From NCBI RefSeq assembly GCF_000020025.1, contig NC_010628.1, forward strand, positions 1,530,001 to 1,562,000: a stretch of DNA of 32,000 nucleotides. Direction: 5' to 3'. The notes beneath the pieces were generated by a model, which worked only from the letters and a program-made list of their open reading frames with translations, was not told the DNA's origin and did no database searches. The position numbers and the translations under genes were made by a program. Positions 7,418 through 16,285 of the stretch are shown here, piece by piece (the first letter of the stretch is position 1; the number at the start of each line of letters is the position of its first letter). This DNA comes from Nostoc punctiforme PCC 73102. GTDB lineage: Bacteria; Cyanobacteriota; Cyanobacteriia; Cyanobacteriales; Nostocaceae.

Positions 7418-9292
7418 TCAAACCATTGGAAATGAAACTTGCTTGGCTCCATTTTTAGCTGGACTTGATTTAATTCCTTGTGCAGCCAAACTCTTATTAC
7501 GTCCACCAGAAGGTGCTGGGCGATCAGCGTCAATTACGACATCAATGAGAAAGGGAACAGATGATGCGATCGCTTGTTCTAATGCCGCTTCAATATCCGA
7601 CTCTCTAACAACCACGAGCGCTTCTGCTCCCATGCCACGAGCAATCATGGCGAAGTTTGTCGGTGGAAGTGTGGCATCTGCGCCCTTTAATCCCAAGATT
7701 TTCATCCCTTGATGGCACATGTTGTAACGTGCATCGTTGAGGACAATCCAAATCGCCGGAATTTTGTATTTCACGGCTGTGCTGATTTCGTTATTCATCA
7801 GCATTGCCCCATCGCCTACAATGCCTACCGCCTTGGTATTGCTTGCCAATGCTGCACCCAATACTCCTGTAACGGCGTGACCCATTGCGCCGACTCCGGT
7901 GCTGACTCGATAACGATTGGTTTCGGTAAATTGGAGTAGATGCGTTGACCAAGTAAATGAGTTACCACACTCCGCCATGACTATTGCATCGCTACCTTCA
8001 ACAATTATCTTTTGAATTGCTGCCATCAATACTTCTGGCCGCACTGGATAATCTACCTCTGGTGCAGGTTCGATTGCTTTGCGTTCTGGATTAGGTAGCG
8101 ACAAAGTTGTGGAACGGGGAGCATCCGGTAATTGCTCCAATAACTCTTCCACAAAAGCTTTGATATCAGACCGAACCCCGAAAGTTTCAACCTGTGGATA
8201 GGCTACACCTGGGACTTCTGGGTCAATATCTACATGGATGAAACCTTCTTTTGGAACTAACGCCGAACTCCAGAAAGAAGTCGGTTCACCAAGGCGGGTT
8301 CCTAATACGAGTGTGCGTAGTGGAGGTTGCTGTTCCATATAAGTTAAGACGGAAGCATGACCGCCTAAACCTGTGACACCAACAAACTGGGGATGATCTT
8401 CAGGGAAGATACCTTTACCACGGGGGGAACACATAACGGCTGCTCCCGTTTTTTCAGCGAGTTCAAGGATTTCCTCTGCTGCGTCACGCGCACCGAAACC
8501 AACCCAGATAGCAAAGGGGCCAGATGATAATAACTCTACCGATTTAGCGATCGCTTCTTTGGAAGCAGTCATCGGAAACGGAGTAACATCTAGTTGGGGT
8601 AAAGCTACATCCTCAACTAAACTTGTCTGCACACCGGTGGGAATGCTCAAATGAGCGACAAATCCGCCTGGTTGCGCCAAAGCCATCGCAAGTTTACGGA
8701 AAATCTGCGGTAGTTGAGCCGCAGATTCAATAGTGATTGCATAGTTGAATAGCGCTCCTGCGGTAAAGATTCCCCCACTGGGCAATGTATAAGTGCTGGT
8801 TTCTTGAATTGCCCAACGTCCACGTTGCGGTGCAGAGGTGCAAGCCGACAACAAAATTACCTTTGCGCCTTCACCACGAGCCGCAAATAATCCGGTCAGC
8901 GCGTTAGTGATCCCCGGCCCGGCTGTGGTAAAAACTACAGTGGGGCGATTATTGGCAAAGTGTGCTTCGGTGGCTGCAAAGGCTGCTCCAGCTTCATGGC
9001 GGAAGTTCAACACTTCTATGCTGCTATTTGATAGCGCCCCCCAAAGGCTGGCCATTGCACCACCCGCTACACCAAAAGCGTAGCTTACTCCCAAATTTAC
9101 CAACATCTGAGCGATCGCATCGGCAACTGAGAGCGTTGCTGGTGTTTCATCATTTAAAAAAGGCTGAGTTCCCCCGTTATTCTCCGATTCATCAAGCTGA
9201 CGAGAAGATTCTACATATCTATTTGCTGGAAATTCTTTGTATGGCTCAGTAGTGATGAGAGGAGAGTTGGAACCAGTATAGTTTTGACTCAT
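7418..9292 (-). CDS. scyA: ScyA: ThDP-dependent acetolactate-synthase-like acyloin-coupling enzyme
   Basis: 624 aa. Three-domain ThDP enzyme layout, with the ThDP/Mg motif GDGAMLMNNEISTAVKYKIPAIWIVLND near the C-terminus. First gene of the scyA-F collinear block. Confidence 0.9.
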   Translation of the reverse strand: MSQNYTGSNSPLITTEPYKEFPANRYVESSRQLDESENNGGTQPFLNDETPATLSVADAIAQMLVNLGVSYAFGVAGGAMASLWGALSNSSIEVLNFRHEAGAAFAATEAHFANNRPTVVFTTAGPGITNALTGLFAARGEGAKVILLSACTSAPQRGRWAIQETSTYTLPSGGIFTAGALFNYAITIESAAQLPQIFRKLAMALAQPGGFVAHLSIPTGVQTSLVEDVALPQLDVTPFPMTASKEAIAKSVELLSSGPFAIWVGFGARDAAEEILELAEKTGAAVMCSPRGKGIFPEDHPQFVGVTGLGGHASVLTYMEQQPPLRTLVLGTRLGEPTSFWSSALVPKEGFIHVDIDPEVPGVAYPQVETFGVRSDIKAFVEELLEQLPDAPRSTTLSLPNPERKAIEPAPEVDYPVRPEVLMAAIQKIIVEGSDAIVMAECGNSFTWSTHLLQFTETNRYRVSTGVGAMGHAVTGVLGAALASNTKAVGIVGDGAMLMNNEISTAVKYKIPAIWIVLNDARYNMCHQGMKILGLKGADATLPPTNFAMIARGMGAEALVVVRESDIEAALEQAIASSVPFLIDVVIDADRPAPSGGRNKSLAAQGIKSSPAKNGAKQVSFPMV

Positions 9293-9540
9293 GGTTTCAC
9301 TTAATTACATAAAGTTACACAAAGGCTTTTTAGTTTACAATCACAGCGCTAGCAATATTTAATACGAACAACTCTGTCGTTTATCACAGCTATGACCGAG
9401 TTTGATCGATAGTAGAAACGGTTGATTGCTGCTGATTGATGGTTGTGATAGCACTACCAAAAAATTTTTGCAAAGCATACAGCAAGTAAGGCTGTGCTTC
9501 TAAGAACCACAATAGAGGGGATGATAACTGATATGCAATC

Positions 9541-9964
9541 AAAAATCTTTTGATGGAGGTGTCAAATTTTTCGCTTCTACAGTACTTAAGTCGGTTGGCA
9601 GGGAAAAACTAAATAATGTAAAGGTATGTGAACAAGCTATTAAGCTTAACTCAAGCATATTTCAGAATTTTTACAAAGCTTTACATAGTTGTCTTTAATC
9701 ACACCAACTTATTCATTAAACTATCTGGAGAGGTTATTAATTTCCGATGATTACTACGATAAAAGCATATCTGCAATGATAAATCTTTCGATAAAAGTGG
9801 CAATTCTTTCGCTTGTATAACTATTGCAACATTTTCAACTTAGTAATTCTGAAAAATTGATATTTTGCGTAGGCGTAGCCCAACCTAGGCATCGCTACTG
9901 AGCTACATGACCAAATTTACAATAGAAAATCTTTTGATAAAGATGACGGTTCTTTTGCTTTTCT
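9541..9964 (+). promoter_or_regulatory. Three same-orientation copies of an approximately 38-bp element upstream of scyA
   Basis: R1 at 9541-9580 is AAAAATCTTTTGATGGAGGTGTCAAATTTTTCGCTTCTAC. R2 at 9781-9818 is AAATCTTTCGATAAAAGTGGCAATTCTTTCGCTTGTAT. R3 at 9926-9964 is AAAATCTTTTGATAAAGATGACGGTTCTTTTGCTTTTCT. Hand alignment gives R1/R3 27 of 39 and R2/R3 29 of 38. The shared core is AAATCTTTYGAT...TG.C....T.TTYGCTT. Confidence 0.5.
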
Positions 9965-10145
9965 TCTCCCAGGCGCTTCCCAATTGGCAACTGCCTGTCT
10001 TCCCTATTAAGTCTTGAATTCGCTTTGTAGCATGAGCTTGGCTACAATAGTTTAGCGGTCTTTATATTGCCACCAAAAACTCATCAAGTCAATTATTTGT
10101 AACGATAAAGACATAGTTGCTTCACTTTTTATATATCCTTTGAGA

Positions 10146-10447
10146 GATGACTAAGCGTTGAGTAGCTATTCTTGAGAAAAGAGATTAGGGATTTAAGCCC
10201 AAACCCCTTTAGAATTACCTTTCTAGCCTCTGGCGATTTATCACAGTTACGCAGGCTTTCAGTAAAATGCTACTTTATGACAAAACAAATACAACCTTAT
10301 ACGCAAATTTACACGTGTTATTTTAGCGTATTTATATTTATTGTGACGGATGACATTTCTCTTTTAAAAAACAAGTATAAAATTATACGACAATTCATGC
10401 ATATTTATGTTATGTAAATGTATTTCTTGGGACGGATGACTAAGCGT
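10146..10447 (+). promoter_or_regulatory. Local exact repeats: GATGACTAAGCGT twice and GACGGATGAC twice
   Basis: GATGACTAAGCGT occurs at 10146-10158 and 10435-10447. GACGGATGAC occurs at 10345-10354 and 10431-10440. All copies are in one orientation in the middle of the scyA / kinase divergent intergenic region. Confidence 0.4.
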
Positions 10448-10746
10448 ATTCTTCTATAGTTAAATCCCTGATATACTATAGTTAAGACAAATTAAGAAAA
10501 TGAATTAATGAGTTAAAATTTGTTGATTCAAGCCAAGCCAAGCCTGGTAAATTCATTTATGGTTGATAATCACACGACTCTACATTAGTAGTTGGTCAAA
10601 GTTGTTGCCTAGGGAAAAAGTAAGGAACGAGAAATTTTATCATTTAACCGTTTCCCAGTCGAAACCCAGTAACTTTGGGTTGGTGAACCATTACTTAGCT
10701 ATGGCGCAGGCTACATCTCTTTACTTGTTAAATGTACACAAATTTT

Positions 10747-10779
10747 CGTAATTACGAATTACGAGAAGCAGTACTGCTT
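10747..10779. promoter_or_regulatory. Two adjacent perfect palindromes about 350 bp upstream of the kinase gene
   Basis: CGTAATTACG (10747-10756, followed by a further AATTACG) and AAGCAGTACTGCTT (10766-10779). The central loop is too short for a good hairpin, so a dimeric protein-binding site is more likely than a terminator. Confidence 0.35.
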
Positions 10780-11128
10780 TAAATTTTTAATATATTTACT
10801 ACTTATAGATTGGCAATTTTCAACTCTTAGTTAATAAGATCTATTGACTATTATAGATTTGATTTGTCTATTTTTTGTATTCCTCAAAAGTTGTTTAAGT
10901 CAATAATAAATTTAAAATTAAATATTGAATTTTTTCTGAAAAACTTGGTTAAATTATTCCCTTGTTATTGGTATGATAAGTTTTGTTAACCTAGTCAGTA
11001 ATATTTTTAATTTACTAACTAATTGTATTTTGTAACTGCCTAAAACTGCACCAGAGTTTTTAGTTAGTTATGACTATCAACTCATTAATGGCTATGGTGC
11101 TGATTAATTACCAGGAGCAAGTAGGGAT

Positions 11129-13108
11129 ATGAATTCTGGCGATTATAAACTAGCTAGATCAAACACTCAATGGTCACTACAGCCAGAAATAGAAATGAAG
11201 TTTGCTCACTTTCTAATAAATCAAGCTGTAGATGCTGCCTTTTGTTTAGGAGAAAATGCACAGTTTCTCTACGTCAACGATGCCACTTGCCGGATGACTG
11301 AGTATTCCCGTGAGGAATTACTTTCCATGAGGCTGCAAGATATAGATGTAGATTTTTCTCTACACAACTGGTCAAACATTAACTCAGAAGGTTCTCTTAC
11401 CTTTAAATCTCGTTACCGCACAAAACGAGGGCGGATCTTTCTGGTAGAAATATCCATTAGCTATGTAAAGCAACAAGATATAGAATTTGGCTGTGCTTTC
11501 GTTCGGGAAATAAGTGATGAAATAGTAGAACTGAGCGTGCAAAAATGGACTGATGGATTAAGAGATGCCAAAGACAATTTGCAGCAGGAGTTTTCTCAAC
11601 TCAAATCAAAAGAAATAGAACTAGAAGCATCTCTTTCTTTACTTCGTTCTACTCTCGAATCTACTGCCATTGGTATTGTTGCAGTTAACTCTGAGGGAGA
11701 TATTCTGAGCTTGAATCAGAAATTTGTGGATATGTGGCAGATCCCAGAGTCCCTAATATTATCAAAGAAATGTCCTCGATGCAAAGCCTTTTTTGAGAAT
11801 AAACTTAAAGATCCACAAGCCTTTAATCGACTAATTTGGGAAGTGTCTAGCCAATCTGATTTCGAGAGCTACGATATTTTGGAATTGAAAGATGGGAGAG
11901 TTTTTGCACACTACTCTAAGCCTCACTTGTTGGATGGCAAAATTATTGGTAGAGTCTGGAGTATTTGGGACATTACTGAATCGAAACAGACTGAAGAGGC
12001 ATTGCGGCTAAACGCAGTTAGATTTCGGACTTTAGCTGAAACAACAGATACCAGCACTTTTCTAATTCAAGGTACGCGGCTTTGCTACATAAATCCAGCA
12101 GTAGAGCAACTGACTGGTTATACAAAAGAGGAACTGTTAACGGGTTTTGATCTTCGCCGACTGATTAAAAGCAAAAGACGTAGGCAGGTACGTAAGCAGA
12201 GTGAAGCAACTAACTTTGAATACCAAGAGATGAATATTCTGACAAAAAGCGGTACGGAGCGCTGGCTAGCTTGTGCGGTTGTAATGCTGGATGGTGTGCT
12301 AGATTTTGGTGGGAAACCAGTAGAAATGATTGCAGGCATTGATATTACCGATTACAAATATGCAGAATTAGGTCTTAACCAAGCTTTAGAACAAGCAAAA
12401 CAACTTAGCGAACTTAGAGCACGTTTTCTTTCTATGGTTTGCCATCAATTCCGTACACCGTTGAATATTGTTTCATTTTCTAATAGTTTATTAAAGGAAG
12501 AAGTAGACAAACGTACACAGAAGAAAATCCAACCACTGCTGGATCACATTCAAAAAGCCACCGAACAACTCGGTCAGATGTTGGATGATATTTTATTCTT
12601 CTCTAAGGCAGAAGCAGAAAAAATAAACTATGAGCCAAAGCCACTTGAGTTAGTTGATTTCTGTAATGACTTAGTTGCAGAAATGCAGATGACCATTAGC
12701 AAAATTCGGATTAATTTTGTCACTCAAGAAAATTCTCTAACAGCCTGCATAGACAAAAAACTGTTAGAGCCGATTTTAAAAAATTTGCTCGATAATGCAA
12801 TAAAATATTCTCCCTCTGGTATAACAGTTGATTTGAGACTTTCTTGCGAAAATGAGCAATTAATTTTCCAGGTCGAAGATAGAGGTATTGGTATTTCAGC
12901 GCTAGATCAACAACGAATATTTGAACCATTTTACCGTGGAACTAATATCGATCGCATACCTGGCACTGGACTAGGACTGTCAATTCTTAAAACCTTGGTA
13001 GACTTACATCATGGTCAAGTATCTGTGGAAAGTCAACTTGGTGTGGGCACTACCTTTACTGTGACGTTGGCATTAATCAAGTCAGAGTTTAGTAGTTCCG
13101 AGTTATGA
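11129..13108 (+). CDS. Soluble multi-PAS sensor histidine kinase (scytonemin-associated two-component sensor)
   Basis: 659 aa with no obvious TM segment. At least three PAS/PAC-like segments. H-box MVCHQFRTPLN, N-box LLDNAIKYS, G1 DRGIGI, F-box FEPFYRG, G2 GTGLGLSI. AGGAG lies 12 nt upstream of the ATG. A kinase sits in this position in N. punctiforme (recalled as NpF1277). Confidence 0.9.
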   Translation: MNSGDYKLARSNTQWSLQPEIEMKFAHFLINQAVDAAFCLGENAQFLYVNDATCRMTEYSREELLSMRLQDIDVDFSLHNWSNINSEGSLTFKSRYRTKRGRIFLVEISISYVKQQDIEFGCAFVREISDEIVELSVQKWTDGLRDAKDNLQQEFSQLKSKEIELEASLSLLRSTLESTAIGIVAVNSEGDILSLNQKFVDMWQIPESLILSKKCPRCKAFFENKLKDPQAFNRLIWEVSSQSDFESYDILELKDGRVFAHYSKPHLLDGKIIGRVWSIWDITESKQTEEALRLNAVRFRTLAETTDTSTFLIQGTRLCYINPAVEQLTGYTKEELLTGFDLRRLIKSKRRRQVRKQSEATNFEYQEMNILTKSGTERWLACAVVMLDGVLDFGGKPVEMIAGIDITDYKYAELGLNQALEQAKQLSELRARFLSMVCHQFRTPLNIVSFSNSLLKEEVDKRTQKKIQPLLDHIQKATEQLGQMLDDILFFSKAEAEKINYEPKPLELVDFCNDLVAEMQMTISKIRINFVTQENSLTACIDKKLLEPILKNLLDNAIKYSPSGITVDLRLSCENEQLIFQVEDRGIGISALDQQRIFEPFYRGTNIDRIPGTGLGLSILKTLVDLHHGQVSVESQLGVGTTFTVTLALIKSEFSSSEL

Positions 13109-13305
13109 ATGTTGAAATCAAGATTAGTTATTAATTAACAACTTAACAATCACAACTCTCGGAACGAAGTAATTAAGCTTATGCCTATTTCCATACTCCC
13201 TAAAAAGTTGAGTACAGCACGGCATAAATCCAACTAAACTAGGCAAAGTTCTGTCACAGTTTAATATTAACCAGCTTCTGCTACAAGTTATGGTAATAAA
13301 AAATT

Positions 13306-14157
13306 ATGTACGAATCGTCAAATAAAATTCTCGTCATTGAAGATGATAATATTACCCGCGATCTTTATTTAAAAGGTCTTAAGGCTAAAGGTTTTGATAC
13401 AATCAGTGCTGACAACGGTTTTGCTGGTATCCAACAAGCACTAGAGTGTATACCCGACTTAGTGATTTGCGATATCACGATGCCCGATATGGATGGTTAT
13501 AGCGTTTTAAATACGCTACGCCAAGATCCTCTTACGGCAATTATTCCCTTTATTTTTCTGACTGGGAGTAGTAACAAAGCAGATGTTCGCAAAGCTATGG
13601 AATTGGGAGCAGATGATTATCTTACCAAACCCTCGACACTAGATGAATTGCTCAGAGCGATCGCTATCCGACTAGAAAAGCAAGCTACTCTGCAATACTG
13701 GTGGGCTAAGAAATTTGAGAAAGCTCCAAAATCAGTATTTGTAGATCATACTCCAAGTGCGATCGCATCTGAAGAAACTTCTGATGAAGAAGCCACAATC
13801 CCTTCTAAGTCAATCTTTCCCTGTATTCCTCAATTAAAAGAAGTTTTCGACTTTATCGAAGCCCATTATCATCAAGGAATTACTTTGTGTGATGTGGCTG
13901 TTGCTGTTGGTTACTCACCTGCTTACTTAACTAACCGAGTCGCAAGGCAAACGGGAGAGACTGTAAACTGCTGGATTGTCAAACGCCGAATGGCAGGCGC
14001 TCGTTTTTTACTCCAAAATAATAATCAGACTATCGAGAAGATCGCCAAAGCATTAGGTTATCAAGATGTGTCTCATTTTTCTCGCCAATTTCGCCAACAT
14101 CACGGTTTACCTCCCCAAGCTTGGCGCAAACAGCATCAGCTTGTATCTCAAAAATAG
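13306..14157 (+). CDS. Response regulator, REC domain plus AraC-type HTH output
   Basis: 283 aa. REC motifs: IEDD, phospho-acceptor context LVICDITMPDMDG, and YLTKP. An acidic linker (SEETSDEEAT) follows. The C-terminal AraC signature is GYQDVSHFSRQFRQHHGLPPQAWRK. It corresponds in position and architecture to the regulator reported as required for scytonemin induction (recalled as NpF1278). Confidence 0.9.
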   Translation: MYESSNKILVIEDDNITRDLYLKGLKAKGFDTISADNGFAGIQQALECIPDLVICDITMPDMDGYSVLNTLRQDPLTAIIPFIFLTGSSNKADVRKAMELGADDYLTKPSTLDELLRAIAIRLEKQATLQYWWAKKFEKAPKSVFVDHTPSAIASEETSDEEATIPSKSIFPCIPQLKEVFDFIEAHYHQGITLCDVAVAVGYSPAYLTNRVARQTGETVNCWIVKRRMAGARFLLQNNNQTIEKIAKALGYQDVSHFSRQFRQHHGLPPQAWRKQHQLVSQK

Positions 14158-14209
14158 GTGAAACTTTGGTAAAAGTCGATTTACAGCAATTTTCATTTAG
14201 ACTAAAACT

Positions 14210-14296
14210 GGGAATTGGGAATTGGGCATTAGTTATATTTCCTCTGCTTCCCCTGCCTCCCCTGCTCCCTACTCCCTACTCCCTTCCCCCTGCCTC
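14210..14296. repeat. STRR-like short tandem repeats between the convergent regulator and AAA ATPase genes
   Basis: GGGAATT GGGAATT GGG at 14210-14226. Then a C-rich array, CTGCTTCCC CTGCCTCCC CTGCTCCCT ACTCCCT ACTCCCT TCCCCCT, at 14241-14296. The apparent + strand ORF 14121-14306 is just this repeat read as P/L-rich text. Confidence 0.75.
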
Positions 14297-15497
14297 AAAT
14301 AAATAGTTGCGTAAACTCATATATTAAATCCACCCTGCCCTTACGTAACATGGCTGGATCTAATCTTTCAGTAGTGTTACAAGTCATCAAGACAACTAAT
14401 CGTTGCTGCATCTGAATACCAGACTCATCAATGACACTTTGATACAAAGTGCCATCCAGCAAACTGAGAATATGTTCGGTTTTATTGTTGTATTGCGCTA
14501 CCTCAGAAGCACGATTTTGCGCTAGATTATCAGCTTCATTAATAACGATACAAATACGCTCTATGTAAGTTGGGGGGACAAAATTAGCGATCGCATCATG
14601 ATCTAAAATAAAAATTACATACCCTAAAGGTACAAGAATTTCTTTTGCTACAGCTTGTGTCCAGACTGTTTTACCAGTACCTGGTTTCCCATGTACAACA
14701 ACCGCTAACTGGTTTTGATTCAGAATCGCTTGCTGTACAGCATCAGTAAACTGTTGGATATCTGCCGGAAATGTGCGAATGGGAAATTGGCTGTGAACTT
14801 TACCTACACGACTTTGATATCCACTCAGCATAACTGCCAAGTCGTAAGTCGCCTTGTTAATTAGTGGGGCAAGATTCCTCGCCATTAAACTATATTGTCG
14901 CCGCCCGCGATCGTAGGGATCAATTTGCAACCAAACGTCATGCTTTGCCCAGTAAGCATAAACAGTATTAATCACGTCTAAGCGTTCCCAGCTAACAAAT
15001 CTATCTATAGGAAAATAAAAATCTCTTTCTGAATAATACTGAGTAATAATGTCAGGATTACCCAACACACCCAAAACTCGCAGTACAGTAATTTCTTGCA
15101 GTCGGTTAAGAACATAATCAATGGGAATGCTACTACGACTAACAAATTGAACGATAGGCGTTTCCGTACTCAAAACATCTTTGTAGCGATGATCTGGTGA
15201 TTGAGGATCTGGTGTGATGTAATTCCAAAATTTTTCAACTTCGTAGCGGGTATTATCAGATACAATATTTAATAAATTAGCCCACCAAGCATAATTATTT
15301 CTTCCCAGAATATCAGCAACATTACTTGCTAAATTCAAACTTTTTTGAGTTAATTCACGCGAGTCACTATACAACAGTTGCCATAAAAACCCCCAATCTA
15401 ACTCTCGGTTAAACGGTCGCCAGCCGCTAGCAAGCAAGCTTTGGCGGGTATTATTTGTAGGAGTGCCTTCATTGCTTCTAAAATAGTCAAAATCCAT
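14295..15497 (-). CDS. Classical-clade AAA ATPase with an uncharacterised N-terminal domain of about 250 aa
   Basis: 400 aa. Walker A GKPGTGKT, Walker B CIVINEADN, and the second region of homology MTCNTTERLDPAMLRKGRVD. The N-terminal 250 aa (MDFDYFRSNEGTPTNN...WWANLLNIV...) has no motif I recognise. The gene appears monocistronic, flanked by repeat arrays. Confidence 0.8.
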   Translation of the reverse strand: MDFDYFRSNEGTPTNNTRQSLLASGWRPFNRELDWGFLWQLLYSDSRELTQKSLNLASNVADILGRNNYAWWANLLNIVSDNTRYEVEKFWNYITPDPQSPDHRYKDVLSTETPIVQFVSRSSIPIDYVLNRLQEITVLRVLGVLGNPDIITQYYSERDFYFPIDRFVSWERLDVINTVYAYWAKHDVWLQIDPYDRGRRQYSLMARNLAPLINKATYDLAVMLSGYQSRVGKVHSQFPIRTFPADIQQFTDAVQQAILNQNQLAVVVHGKPGTGKTVWTQAVAKEILVPLGYVIFILDHDAIANFVPPTYIERICIVINEADNLAQNRASEVAQYNNKTEHILSLLDGTLYQSVIDESGIQMQQRLVVLMTCNTTERLDPAMLRKGRVDLIYEFTQLFI

Positions 15498-15980
15498 ATT
15501 TGTTTAGTTATGCAGCGTTAATAGAGTTATTTTGTGTTAAATATGAGATTTTAAAATTTTTCTTGTAATATCGAGTACTTGCATACAAATGGTAATTTTA
15601 TTTTCACCGTGCTGTACTGGCTAGGAAGTTTTTTTAATCTAACTCATTACTTATGTAGTATACTATACTACACAAGAACTACCTGCGTCAATTTTTTTGA
15701 CAAAGCAATTAGCTCTTAATGTCCCTCCGCCATTCATCTATCTCTACACTTCTGACTAATATCATGTCCGAAAGCACATAATCCCACTTTTGGCTGATGC
15801 CAAAGTTTCTCTCCCTGATAGCAAGGTGAGGTTCCGAATATTACCGATGAAGAAGGCAGTTATGCTGTGTTGCTGAGGCTTAAACCTCAGCTATTGCAAA
15901 TTTGTGTAGTATCTATTCAAGCTATAGGACTCATATTTGATTTTTGACAAAACACCGTACAACTCAAAAAGCCTTCTTTC

Positions 15981-16015
15981 CTATTGCCTCTTGCCTCTTG
16001 CCTATTGCCTATTGC
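15981..16015. repeat. STRR-like heptamer array (CTMTTGC, 5 copies)
   Basis: CTATTGC CTCTTGC CTCTTGC CTATTGC CTATTGC, about 40 nt downstream of the argJ-fragment stop. Confidence 0.8.
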
Positions 16016-16056
16016 CTAACTGTCTACACACACAATTTCACGTCTCTTCTTGTTAA

Positions 16057-16219
16057 TCAAGTTGAGTATTTGCCATTAATTTCTATATAACCCTCTGAAA
16101 GATCGCAACCCCATACAGTTGCAGAAGCTTCGCCAATATTGAGGCTAACATGAATATCTACTTTGTCTTTGGACATAATTTGCCGCAATTGTTCCAGATT
16201 TTCATTAGTTAAACTACTA
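16057..16219 (-). pseudogene. argJ: argJ paralogue, C-terminal fragment cut off by the IS630 insertion
   Basis: Manual minus-strand translation gives ...SSLTNENLEQLRQIMSKDKVDIHVSLNIGEASATVWGCDLSEGYIEINGKYST*. This is the conserved ArgJ C-terminus (ATVWGCDLS..Y..IN..Y.T). Not in the ORF track. Confidence 0.8.
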
Positions 16220-16285
16220 TAGCAATCCGGAATCATTTGTGAGAAAATACTGAAGTGAGTTTAAAGTAATCTTTGCGACATATAT

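Noticed and set aside
7165-7533. 122-aa minus-strand ORF spanning the scyA-scyB spacer and overlapping the scyA 3' end
   Set aside because: It overlaps scyA out of frame and runs through repeat and AT-rich spacer. It has no RBS and no recognisable sequence features.
9868-9925. tRNA-like stretch. The minus strand reads GGTCATGTAGCTCAGTAGCGATGCCTAGGTTGGGCTACGCC.
   Set aside because: Only the GTAGCTCAGT D-arm-like string is present. No cloverleaf, anticodon stem or T-arm (GTTCGAATC-like) can be built. At best it is a tRNA remnant or the common Nostoc GGCGTAGCC/GGCATCGC repeat.
10172-10751. ORFs 10172-10417 and 10563-10751 in the long intergenic region
   Set aside because: They have AT-driven composition and non-ATG starts (both begin at TTG), with F/I/Y/K-rich translations and no RBS. 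The region is better explained as regulatory DNA.
14121-14306. 61-aa plus-strand ORF ending PLLPLPPLLPTPYSLPP
   Set aside because: It is simply the C-rich STRR array translated, and it overlaps the regulator gene's 3' end.
15720-15900. Possible small RNA or riboswitch upstream of the AAA ATPase gene. It has small hairpins, including GCTGAGG-CTTAAA-CCTCAGC at 15872-15891.
   Set aside because: The stems are short, it does not resemble any riboswitch class I know, and there is no adjacent U-tract. It cannot be supported without covariance or expression data.
14210-16015. Short tandem arrays considered as possible CRISPR
   Set aside because: The units are 7-10 bp with no unique spacers of 30-40 bp, and there are no cas genes. 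These are STRR-type microsatellites.
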